Shown here piece by piece: positions 17,733 through 26,252 of a stretch of 41,553 bases of DNA. The stretch covers positions 1 through 41,553 of the forward strand of contig JBFMAF010000025.1 of the NCBI GenBank assembly GCA_040755995.1, read 5' to 3'. The notes beneath the pieces are model-generated. The model saw only the letters and a list, made by a program, of their open reading frames with translations. It was not told the DNA's origin and did no database searches. This DNA comes from Acidobacteriota bacterium. Lineage in GTDB: Bacteria; Acidobacteriota; CAIWXX01. Each line of letters starts with the position of its first letter. Position 1 is the stretch's first letter. The translations under genes and the position numbers were made by a program.

Positions 17733-18454
17733 CACCGAAGTACGGTTGCACTGGGCGGCGGATTCATCGCACGCTGGACAAGCAGTCGCAACGATCTGAT
17801 CGCTTTCTGGTGTATCCGGCTGGCCCAGGAGCGGGACACGCCGAGCTGTTCAGCCGCTTCAGCAATGTTCAATCCTTCGAAGTAGACCTTGCGCACAAGC
17901 TGCGCCTCCTGTTCGGTGAGCTGGCGCATTGCTTTGGAGATGTAGTCGCTCCATTCGGCCGTCTGGGCGAGCGCCTCGCCCTCCGGCGGGCGATACTCGT
18001 CGCCGCCGAAGGCGGCCATGGCATGGCTCAACATGAAGAGCACCGTGCTGTCGTGCAGAGACTCCTCGATCGTGCTGCACATCTGCTCCACCTCCACCAC
18101 CGGCGCGTCGCCGTCGCACGTGCGCGTGGCGAGGAGCTCATGGAACCCGCGCGCGAACCTGATCTTCTCGCTCATTCTCCGGGACAGTCCCCGCATCTTG
18201 CAAAGGCCGTCCAGGATCGCACCGCGAATCCTGTAGTAGGCGAACGTGGAGAACTGGCACTGGCTCTCCGGTCTGAAGCGGTCGACCGCTTCGATCAGGC
18301 CGATCTGCCCGTATCCTACAAGATCCTCCAGCGCCACTGCCTTTCCGAGAGTCTGCCAGACGGACGCAGCGATGTGACGCACGAGCCCCTGATGCTGCAC
18401 TATCCGATCGTCTCGCGACAGCGCCGCCAGCTGCGGTTGAGTGCTCATGGACAC
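17732..18454 (-). CDS. FliA/WhiG (sigma-28)-family RNA polymerase sigma factor
   Basis: Region 2 EDLVGYGQIGLIEAVDRF.P...FSTFAYYRIRGAILDGL; region 4 LTEQEAQLVRKVYFEGLNIAEAAEQLGVSRSWASRIHQKAI. Confidence 0.9.
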   Translation of the reverse strand: MSMSTQPQLAALSRDDRIVQHQGLVRHIAASVWQTLGKAVALEDLVGYGQIGLIEAVDRFRPESQCQFSTFAYYRIRGAILDGLCKMRGLSRRMSEKIRFARGFHELLATRTCDGDAPVVEVEQMCSTIEESLHDSTVLFMLSHAMAAFGGDEYRPPEGEALAQTAEWSDYISKAMRQLTEQEAQLVRKVYFEGLNIAEAAEQLGVSRSWASRIHQKAIRSLRLLVQRAMNPPPSATVLR

Positions 18455-18463
18455 GCTGATCCG

Positions 18464-18808
18464 CTACGGCATTCTCTCTCTGACCAGTTTCTGCAACAGG
18501 GCCTGGAAGGTCGGGTCATCCCTCAGCGCTTCGGTCAGGTGCTCGTGGAGCTGCGACCGGAGCGTCTCACCCCACGTGCGCGTCGGCACGTTCCGCTGGA
18601 TCCACGAGTCGATCACCTTCTGCGAAATCGCGTTGACATCCCAGGCGCGACCGCCCGCGGGAGCGAGGCTCGTCTTGACTATGCTCAGGAACTCTTTCGC
18701 GGACGCGGGCATTTCACTGTCTATCCTGCTGGTTTGACCCGGTGTTTGTGAAGACGAATCGATTGGCATTGGATTGATGTTCTTCGGACCTTCTGCGATG
18801 CGTGTCAT
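18464..18808 (-). CDS. hypothetical protein directly upstream of the sigma factor
   Basis: 114 aa; polar N-terminus, helical C-terminus (LTEALRDDPTFQALLQKL); 9-nt gap to the sigma gene. Confidence 0.65.
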   Translation of the reverse strand: MTRIAEGPKNINPMPIDSSSQTPGQTSRIDSEMPASAKEFLSIVKTSLAPAGGRAWDVNAISQKVIDSWIQRNVPTRTWGETLRSQLHEHLTEALRDDPTFQALLQKLVRERMP

Positions 18809-19018
18809 AGTTTACCCATCTCTCATATTCTCGTACGCACGACAAAATCCGACACACACGGTCCATCGACAGGGGACGGGCACCTCCTCAACACCTCGAT
18901 TCTGCGCGAGATGACAGCGAGGATACCCAAGTGCTCTCCAAATCCCCACACGCCTTCAGGGAATATACCCGGACCAGATCCGCTTGTCCAGGGATGCTGC
19001 TGGTGTTGGAGGCGACGC

Positions 19019-21142
19019 TCAACTCGCCGCCGCTCGCCGCGAGTGGAGGAGGTCGTCGAGGGTGCGGGCGAGCTCGCTGATCGTGAAGGGTTTCGCGAGG
19101 GCTGCCGCGAATCCCTCGGCGCGATAGTCGGCCAGCACGGGGTCGTTGGAGTAGCCGCTGGCCACGATCGCGATAACCTCCGGGTCGGAGATCTTCAGTG
19201 TGGCCAGAGCCTCCTTCCCGCCCATTCGTCCCGGCACCGTGAGATCCATGATTATGCAGTCGAAAGGTCTATCGGACTGACACGCCTCTTCATAACGCCG
19301 CACTGCGGCTCCACCGTCGGCCACGGCCTCGGCCTCATACCCGAGCTCACTCAGCACGTCCTCGTACATCATTCTCAACTCGGGCTCGTCGTCCATCACA
19401 AGCACGCGTCCCCGGCCACGAGGGACAATCGCCGGCTCCGGCTCGGCGGCAGCCTTTTCCGGCAGGGCGGGGATGTAGATACAGACAGTGGTTCCCAGCC
19501 CGGGCGTTGAGTCGATTGCGAGGTGCCCGTTGTGGTTTCGCACTATCGCGTATGCGGTGCTTAGACCCAGGCCCGAACCGTTCTGCTTGGTGGTGAAATA
19601 CGGGTCGAAGACCCGCTCTCGGATCCCGGCCGGCATCCCTATGCCGTGGTCCGTGATGGAAACCTTCACGTAGGCACCGGGCTCGAGCGGGTGCCAAGTC
19701 GCCTCTTGGAAAGACGCGTTTTCACATCTCACCACGACGGGGCCTCCACCGGGGCTCGCCTGGTCGGCGTTGATCACTATGTTGCTGATGACCTGCGCAA
19801 ACTGTCCCTCATCGATGTCTGCGCACCAGAGATCGCCGGGGATCTGGAAGGTGCAGCTGGAATTGGAGCCCGTGAGGGCGAAGGATGCGGATTCGCGAAT
19901 GAGCTTCCCGAGGTCGGTGGTGCGTTTCACGGGCGCGCCGCCTTTCGCGAACGCGAGCAGTTGCCCTGTGAGCCGCTTGGCTCGTTGGATCGCGATCTCG
20001 GCGGCTGCCAGTTGCACTGAGACTTCCTCGGGGCGGCTTCCTCGATGGCGGGCGAGCGAGACGTTGCCGAGGACGGCCGCGAGGACGTTGTTGAAGTCGT
20101 GTGCGATGCCGCCGGCGAGTAGTCCGAGCGACTCGACCCTGCTTGACCGCAATCGCTCCTCCTGCAGCCTCCGCCTTTCCGTCACATCCTGAGCCATGAC
20201 GAGCACCCGCAGCCGTCCTTCCAAGGAGATGTGCTGCGCGCGCACCTCCAGGTCCCTCAACTCGCCCGAGCCGGCCAGGTGTCTCACCAGCACGGGTTCG
20301 GGGCCCGGCTGCATGTCAGCGGGCGTCTTCTCCATTACCTCGTTCAACCACTCGATTCCTATCTCGCTCGGAAGGCGTCCCACGAGCTCCTTGCGGCCTC
20401 GCCCGCAGAGCAACGTGGCGGCGACATTCGCATCGATCACCGCTCGGCGATCCGGATCAAGCACGAAGTACGGCGACGCCGCACTCTCGAATAGAGCACG
20501 ATATCGCTCCTCCGACTCCGCCAGCTCGGCAGCCCGCTGCATTTCCTGCGAGCGCAGCGTTGAGATCAATCGCCGCTTGGCTTGCAGGTTGCTGATCCCG
20601 ATGAGCGCGAAGAATGCGGCCGCGTAGAGGATGAGAACCCGGAAGGTAAGGATGATCAGGGTCTGCAACGAGGGCCGTTCGTAGACGACCGTCATCGCAA
20701 GGTACGCGATGGTGTTGGCCGCCATGATCACGACTATGCCTCTGCGTCCGATCAGGAACGCGGCCGCCGCCACGTTGGCCAGGGCCCAGGGGAACCAGTA
20801 GCTCTGTGAGCCGCCTGTAATGTGTATCAGCCATGCGATGAGCAGAACATCCGAACCCATCCAGAGAGCCTGCAATGAAACACCGAGGATCCGGCGCAGA
20901 CCTCGCCTGAATGCCAGGCCGAACAGCAGCGAGCTCCCGTCCGACAAACAGACGTACATGCCGACGAGCCACCAGGACCACTGGAACTCGCCCACGAGCT
21001 TCGCTACGCATGCAACGGCGATCCCGGTCGAGTACACGAGCGCGCGGCTCTTCTGGACCTTGACCTGGAAGTCCCGCCACTTCCGTTCGTCCGCCGGAAG
21101 AGCCTCAGGAGGCGAAAGGCCGCGATCTGGCTTCGTGGTCAA
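19019..21142 (-). CDS. membrane hybrid sensor histidine kinase (TM-PAS-HisKA-HATPase-REC; CckA-like architecture)
   Basis: AGGIAHDFNN, NIVINADQA, DHGIGM, FDPYFTTK..GSGLGLS, receiver VLVMDDE...IMDLTVPG..GG...KPF; TTG start at 21142 after GGAGG. Confidence 0.92.
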   Translation of the reverse strand: MTTKPDRGLSPPEALPADERKWRDFQVKVQKSRALVYSTGIAVACVAKLVGEFQWSWWLVGMYVCLSDGSSLLFGLAFRRGLRRILGVSLQALWMGSDVLLIAWLIHITGGSQSYWFPWALANVAAAAFLIGRRGIVVIMAANTIAYLAMTVVYERPSLQTLIILTFRVLILYAAAFFALIGISNLQAKRRLISTLRSQEMQRAAELAESEERYRALFESAASPYFVLDPDRRAVIDANVAATLLCGRGRKELVGRLPSEIGIEWLNEVMEKTPADMQPGPEPVLVRHLAGSGELRDLEVRAQHISLEGRLRVLVMAQDVTERRRLQEERLRSSRVESLGLLAGGIAHDFNNVLAAVLGNVSLARHRGSRPEEVSVQLAAAEIAIQRAKRLTGQLLAFAKGGAPVKRTTDLGKLIRESASFALTGSNSSCTFQIPGDLWCADIDEGQFAQVISNIVINADQASPGGGPVVVRCENASFQEATWHPLEPGAYVKVSITDHGIGMPAGIRERVFDPYFTTKQNGSGLGLSTAYAIVRNHNGHLAIDSTPGLGTTVCIYIPALPEKAAAEPEPAIVPRGRGRVLVMDDEPELRMMYEDVLSELGYEAEAVADGGAAVRRYEEACQSDRPFDCIIMDLTVPGRMGGKEALATLKISDPEVIAIVASGYSNDPVLADYRAEGFAAALAKPFTISELARTLDDLLHSRRAAAS

Positions 21143-21452
21143 CGCGCCTCCGGATGCCTGACCGCCATCCGGCCCGGGAGAGGATCTGCACCTCGCGCGC
21201 CTATGCAAACCAGGCTTTCCATGGCATGGCATCGCCGCCCGCCGAGCGGCGAACCGTTCACGAGGCTTCGCGCGGAATCGTAGTCCCGACGGCAGGCGCC
21301 CTGTGCACCGCTCCGGGGCATGTAACTCGATCCTCTACGCGCGAATATAGGACCCCATCCCGGAATTGTCAACCAACGTCGTTCGCATGCGGTTGTTCGC
21401 CCGAGCTATGCGAGTATAGAATTGCTTCCGGAGGCAGGCGTGAGGCGAATCG

Positions 21453-22415
21453 ATGGTTGAGAAGAGGCCTGGAAGGTCCTCGGGCCGAAGCGCTCCCGAC
21501 GACTTCCTCGGTGCCCACATCTCGACGGCGGGCTCGATTTTGCTGGCGCCCGAGCGTGCCGCGCGGCTCGGGATTCGCGCCATGCAGCTCTTCACCTCGA
21601 ACCAGCTCCAGTGGAGGCAACGGAAGCTATCGCCACTCGAAGTCTCAGAGTTCAAACCTCTACTGCAACGTCACCGCATCGATTTCGTCTGCTCGCATGC
21701 AGCCTACCTGATCAATCTGGCGAGCCCTTCGCCGGTCATTCGGCGGAGGAGTATTGCGGCTTTCAAGGCCGAGACCCGCCGCTGCCTTGCCCTGGGCATC
21801 CCGGTCCTGGTTTTCCACCCCGGCGCGCACATGGGGGACGGCGAGGAAGCCGGCTTGGCGCGCGTCATCGACGCGCTCAACGAGGTCGTTGCGGCCGACG
21901 GTGAGGGACCGTCGCTCACAGTGGAGCTCACGGCGGGTCAAGGCTCCTGCCTCGGGGGATCGCTCGATCATATCCGCCAAATCGTCCGATCGGTTCGTTC
22001 TCGCGTCCACATCTGCGTCGACACGTGCCATCTCCTGGCGTCGGGGATGGAGTTCCGCGACGAGCAGAACTACTGGCGCACGTTCGATGCCATAGATCGC
22101 GCCGTCGGATTGGATAGGATCGCCGTCTTCCATTTCAATGACTCCAAGGGTGACCTTGGCTCCAGAGTCGACCGCCACGAACATATCGGCGAGGGGCGGA
22201 TCGGGCTCGAGCCGTTCCACCGCATCATGGACGACCAGCGGTTCCGTTGCATCCCCAAGGTACTCGAGACGCCCGACGGCGAGAAAAAGGACCCGATGAA
22301 CCTGCGAAGACTGCGGCGTCGCGGACATCCTGTCTCGATGCGAATTTCGGGTTCCAAGGATGATCGGGCGGGGAGAATGCGGCCCCGAAACACCCACTCG
22401 GACGAACGTCCATGA
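21453..22415 (+). CDS. nfo: endonuclease IV
   Basis: LGAHISTAG, HAAYLINLASP, FHPGAH, E.TAGQGS.LG, CVDTCH, HFNDSK..LGSRVDRHEHIG.G.IG, LETP. Confidence 0.95.
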   Translation: MVEKRPGRSSGRSAPDDFLGAHISTAGSILLAPERAARLGIRAMQLFTSNQLQWRQRKLSPLEVSEFKPLLQRHRIDFVCSHAAYLINLASPSPVIRRRSIAAFKAETRRCLALGIPVLVFHPGAHMGDGEEAGLARVIDALNEVVAADGEGPSLTVELTAGQGSCLGGSLDHIRQIVRSVRSRVHICVDTCHLLASGMEFRDEQNYWRTFDAIDRAVGLDRIAVFHFNDSKGDLGSRVDRHEHIGEGRIGLEPFHRIMDDQRFRCIPKVLETPDGEKKDPMNLRRLRRRGHPVSMRISGSKDDRAGRMRPRNTHSDERP

Positions 22416-23800
22416 CGCACCGAGTAGATGCTCGCGTCATTGAAAGACTTCGGGATGCGTGCCCCGGAGTGCTCACCGACGAGGAATCGCTGGCCCAGTA
22501 TGGGCACGACGAGACCGAGGACCTGCGCTTTCCGCCGTCGGTTGTGGTGAAGCCGCGAACGACCGAGGAAGTCTCGGCGATCATGCGGCTGGCGAACGAG
22601 GAGAGGGTTCCGGTGACGCCGCGCGGCGCGGGCACGGGTTTGAGCGGCGGAGCGCTGGCGGTGGAAGGCGGGATCGTGCTTTCTATCGAGCTCATGAACC
22701 GCATCGTGGAGATCGATCGCGAGAATCTGGTGGCCGTCGTCGAGCCTGGCGTCATCACGCAGGTGCTCCAGGAGGAGGTCGAGAAGGTCGGACTGTTCTA
22801 TCCGCCGGATCCCGCCAGCCGCGGCAGCTGCACGATCGGCGGGAACATCGCGGAATGCGCGGGCGGCCCGCGTGCGCTGAAGTACGGTGTCACCAAGGAC
22901 TATGTGCTGGGTGTGCAGGTGGTATTGACGTCGGGAGAGGTTGCGGAATTCGGCGGGAAGCTCTTCAAGGACGTCACCGGCTACAGCATGACGCAGCTCT
23001 TCGTCGGCAGCGAGGGGACCCTCGGTATCGTCACCAGGGCCGTGCTTCGCCTGATCGCCTACCCGCCGCACCGGAAGACACTGATCGTTCCGTTCCGGCA
23101 GACCGAGGATGCCGCCGCAGCCGTCGCGCGCATTTTTCAGGCCGGGGTCATGCCCTGCGCCTGCGAGCTCATGGAACGGGACGTGGTGAAGCGCATCGAG
23201 GAGTACAGGGGCGTCCACGTCCCCTCCTCCGATGCGGAGGCGCAACTCCTGATAGAGATCGACGGCCATTACGAGGATGTTCTGGATCGCGACCTGGAGA
23301 AGATCGCGGGCGTCTGCGAGTCGACGGGCGCGGGCGACATCCTGGTCGCCGAGAATCCGAAGAAGCAACAGGAGTTGTGGGACCTGCGGAGATCGGCCGG
23401 CGAAGCCGTCAAGAAGATTTCAATCTACAAAGAGGAGGACACGACGGTGCCGCGCGCGCGGCTGCCGGAGCTCATCCGCGGGGTGAAGGCCATTGCGCTG
23501 AAGCACGCGATTCGAACGTACTGCTACGGGCATGCGGGCGACGGCAACCTCCACGTGAATATCGTGAGAGGTGACATGGATGCGGAGAGGTGGGAGCGGG
23601 AGCTGCCGAAGGCGGTGGAAGAGGTGTTCGTCCTGGTGAAATCGCTCGGCGGTCGTATCAGCGGCGAGCACGGCATCGGGTATTCCCAGAAGCGCTATAT
23701 GCCCATCGTCTGCACACCCGCGGAATTGGATGCCATGCGCGCGATCAAGCGGGCCCTGGACCCGTCCAACATACTCAATCCGGGCAAGATCTTTCCGTGA
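22412..23800 (+). CDS. FAD-linked oxidase, GlcD/D-lactate dehydrogenase family
   Basis: PRGAGTGLSGGA, YPPDPAS...CTIGGN..ECAGG..ALKYGVT, GSEGTLG, GHAGDGNLH, SGEHGIG, LNPGKIF. Confidence 0.92.
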   Translation: MTHRVDARVIERLRDACPGVLTDEESLAQYGHDETEDLRFPPSVVVKPRTTEEVSAIMRLANEERVPVTPRGAGTGLSGGALAVEGGIVLSIELMNRIVEIDRENLVAVVEPGVITQVLQEEVEKVGLFYPPDPASRGSCTIGGNIAECAGGPRALKYGVTKDYVLGVQVVLTSGEVAEFGGKLFKDVTGYSMTQLFVGSEGTLGIVTRAVLRLIAYPPHRKTLIVPFRQTEDAAAAVARIFQAGVMPCACELMERDVVKRIEEYRGVHVPSSDAEAQLLIEIDGHYEDVLDRDLEKIAGVCESTGAGDILVAENPKKQQELWDLRRSAGEAVKKISIYKEEDTTVPRARLPELIRGVKAIALKHAIRTYCYGHAGDGNLHVNIVRGDMDAERWERELPKAVEEVFVLVKSLGGRISGEHGIGYSQKRYMPIVCTPAELDAMRAIKRALDPSNILNPGKIFP

Positions 23801-23826
23801 TTTCAGATTTCAGATTTCAGATTTGG
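23799..23826. repeat. 7-bp tandem repeat GATTTCA x3-4
   Basis: gatttca gatttca gatttca gatttgg overlapping the oxidase stop codon. Confidence 0.75.
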
Positions 23827-23909
23827 CGGCGTGCGCGGTGAAGGTGTTCTGGAACGTGAGCCAGTGCCATCACCGCGCATACCCCAGGATTCGGAATTCG
23901 AGGCCCCAG

Positions 23910-25256
23910 ATGCGCTGGTGCGCTTGTTCCGCCTCGCTCCTGATACTGCTGATCACGGCCATCGGTCTCGCCTGCAAGCCACGGCCGCATCGTTACAACA
24001 TCCTGCTCGTTTCGGTCGACACCCTGCGAGCGGACCGGCTGGGTTACACCGGCTACCCCCGAGACACAACGCCGAATCTTGATCGGCTCGCCGAGACCGC
24101 CTACCGTTTCACAGACGTGATCACGCAGGCGCCGTCGACATCGGCGTCCCACGAGTCGCTGTTCACGTCGCTCTACCCTTCAGTCCACAGGCAGAGCTCC
24201 AGGCGAGTGTCCGGAGTCCCGTACTCGATCGCATCGATCCTGAAGGAAAACGGCTATCAGACGGCCGGCTTTGTGGACGGCGGTTATCTGCGGGCTGAGT
24301 TCGGATTCGGCAAGGGATTCGATCTGTTCGACGACAAGACCAGGAGCGCCGATCTGAAAGCCGGGGTCGCACGCATCGGGCTGGCGGGTATCAATCCGAA
24401 AGTCCGCCGCTGGCTCGAATCGAAGCCTCGCATGCCATTCTTCGTGTTCGTGCATACCTATGACGTACATTGTCCGTACACGCCTCCAGAGCCATACTTC
24501 TCCAAATTCGCCTCATGGTACAGGGGACCGGTCGTGGCTGAGGGTGCGTGCGGGCACTCAGACTTCAACAAAGAGCGTCTGGACCACGACGATTTCCGCT
24601 ATCTCTCCGATCTCTACGACGGCGGCGTGGCATATCTGGACAGCCAGCTGCAGGCGCTCTTCGAGCTGTTCCGGGAGCACGGTCTCTTCGACGACATGTT
24701 GGTGGTGATCACGTCCGACCACGGCGAGTCGCTCGGCGAGCGCGGGTACGTGGGGCACAACATGCCCTACGAGGAACAGCTTCATGTGCCAATGCTCTGG
24801 CGAATCCCCGGTGAAGACGGACGCGAGGTGAAAGAGCCCGCACAGAACATCGACGTGCTGCCAACGTTGTGCGCCGCGCTGGGGATCAAACCCGCCATCC
24901 CGCTCATGGGGACCAACATGCTGCCCTACATGCGCGGTGAAGCCACGTTCCATGGTAAACGGATGCGGCTGACCGAGGGGCGATTCGGGCACGCGATTCG
25001 TTTCGACAGCCGCTACAAGCTCATCGTTTTCCCCGGCGGCGATCGCGCACTGTATGACCTGCAAACCGATCCTCTCGGCCAGGTCGACGCGACTTCATCG
25101 AGCCCCGGGCAGGCCAGAGAGATGATGAAGTCGTATCGCCGATGGCTCGCGGAGAACCGGCCGATCTATCGCATGTACGAGCAGGCGGGCGAAGCAGTCA
25201 TCGGAGAGGAGACCAAGGACCAGCTCAAGGCGCTAGGCTACGTCCAGGACGAGTGA
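23910..25256 (+). CDS. sulfatase-like (alkaline phosphatase superfamily) lipoprotein
   Basis: Lipobox-like LAC; NILLVSVDTLRADRL, TPNLD, HTYDVH.PY, ITSDHGE, LHVP, LYDL..DP, LKALGY. Confidence 0.88.
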   Translation: MRWCACSASLLILLITAIGLACKPRPHRYNILLVSVDTLRADRLGYTGYPRDTTPNLDRLAETAYRFTDVITQAPSTSASHESLFTSLYPSVHRQSSRRVSGVPYSIASILKENGYQTAGFVDGGYLRAEFGFGKGFDLFDDKTRSADLKAGVARIGLAGINPKVRRWLESKPRMPFFVFVHTYDVHCPYTPPEPYFSKFASWYRGPVVAEGACGHSDFNKERLDHDDFRYLSDLYDGGVAYLDSQLQALFELFREHGLFDDMLVVITSDHGESLGERGYVGHNMPYEEQLHVPMLWRIPGEDGREVKEPAQNIDVLPTLCAALGIKPAIPLMGTNMLPYMRGEATFHGKRMRLTEGRFGHAIRFDSRYKLIVFPGGDRALYDLQTDPLGQVDATSSSPGQAREMMKSYRRWLAENRPIYRMYEQAGEAVIGEETKDQLKALGYVQDE

Positions 25257-25296
25257 GCGGGTGCCGGCCTTCCGGCCTCAGGCGAACTAGTCTCGA

Positions 25297-25986
25297 TCAG
25301 CGGGGCATCTTCCCCGGGACCGCGCGCTGGGCTGCCTGCGAGGCCCTCGCCGCCTCTCTTCGGTGCCTTAGATACTCGATAACACCCGGCATCACCGAGA
25401 TGATGATGATGGCCATGATGACCAACGTGAAGTTCCGCTTCACCAGCGGCAAATTCCCGAAGTAGTAGCCGCCGAGAACGAAAGTGAGAATCCAGAGGAT
25501 GCCCCCTACGACGTTGTACGCCAGGAACCGCAAGTAGGTCATGCTGCCTATGCCGGCGACGAACGGGGCAAACGTGCGGATTATGGGGATGAAGCGGGCC
25601 AGGATGATGGTCTTGCCTCCGTACTTCTCGTAGAAAGCGTGCGTGCGTTTCAGGTGTTCCTTGTTCAGAAACCGCACGTTCTCCTTGCTGAAGATCTTCG
25701 GCCCTATGAAGTGCCCGATCGAGTAGTTGACGGTGTCGCCCAAGATCGCTGCGATCCCCAGCAGAACGCACAGCCACGTTCGGTCGAGGGCCCCTGCGGC
25801 TGCGAATGCGCCCGCCGCAAACAGCAGCGAGTCGCCGGGAAGGAGCGGCGTCACGACCAGTCCTGTCTCGCAGAAGATGATGAGAAAGAGGATGAGATAG
25901 GTCCATAGGCCGTAGTCCTGGATGAGCAGGTTCAGGTGCTTGTCCAGGTGTAGGAAGAAATCGATGAAGTACGCGATCAGGTCCAT
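25297..25986 (-). CDS. dedA: DedA family membrane protein
   Basis: [51 protein letters not shown]. Confidence 0.95.
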   Translation of the reverse strand: MDLIAYFIDFFLHLDKHLNLLIQDYGLWTYLILFLIIFCETGLVVTPLLPGDSLLFAAGAFAAAGALDRTWLCVLLGIAAILGDTVNYSIGHFIGPKIFSKENVRFLNKEHLKRTHAFYEKYGGKTIILARFIPIIRTFAPFVAGIGSMTYLRFLAYNVVGGILWILTFVLGGYYFGNLPLVKRNFTLVIMAIIIISVMPGVIEYLRHRREAARASQAAQRAVPGKMPR

Positions 25987-26252
25987 GATGTGCTCGATGC
26001 TGATTCGATTTCAAACGGCTGCGGATCTGCCGCCGTCATTGTCTTGACGCGCGCATGGAGTCGCCGGAGAGCTCTCCAGGACTGTCCGACCCCACTCCGC
26101 GCATAGTCCTTTGCGTACCGTGTGCTCTTCATGGCCGCGCAAGAATATGCGAACTCCAGCCCAAACTCAAGGTCCACAATCAGGAAATGAGTGGTGCAGC
26201 GCCCCTCCCTCATTTTGCATTGTGACGGCGGGATTTCAACGGCCGGCAGATT

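Noticed and set aside
16435..17799. 454-aa plus-strand ORF rich in Cys/Pro/Trp
   Set aside because: Antisense shadow of the Met/Gly/Gln-rich gene; composition mirrors its codons, and the minus-strand gene has the RBS and operon context
14116..18808. Interpretation as a flagellar gene cluster because of the FliA-like sigma
   Set aside because: No flagellin, hook, rod, FliS/FliD or motor motifs; neighbours carry injectisome-type needle, rod and TPR chaperone signatures
25987..26252. RiPP precursor peptide beside the radical SAM gene
   Set aside because: No short ORF with convincing RBS, coding bias or leader/core pattern
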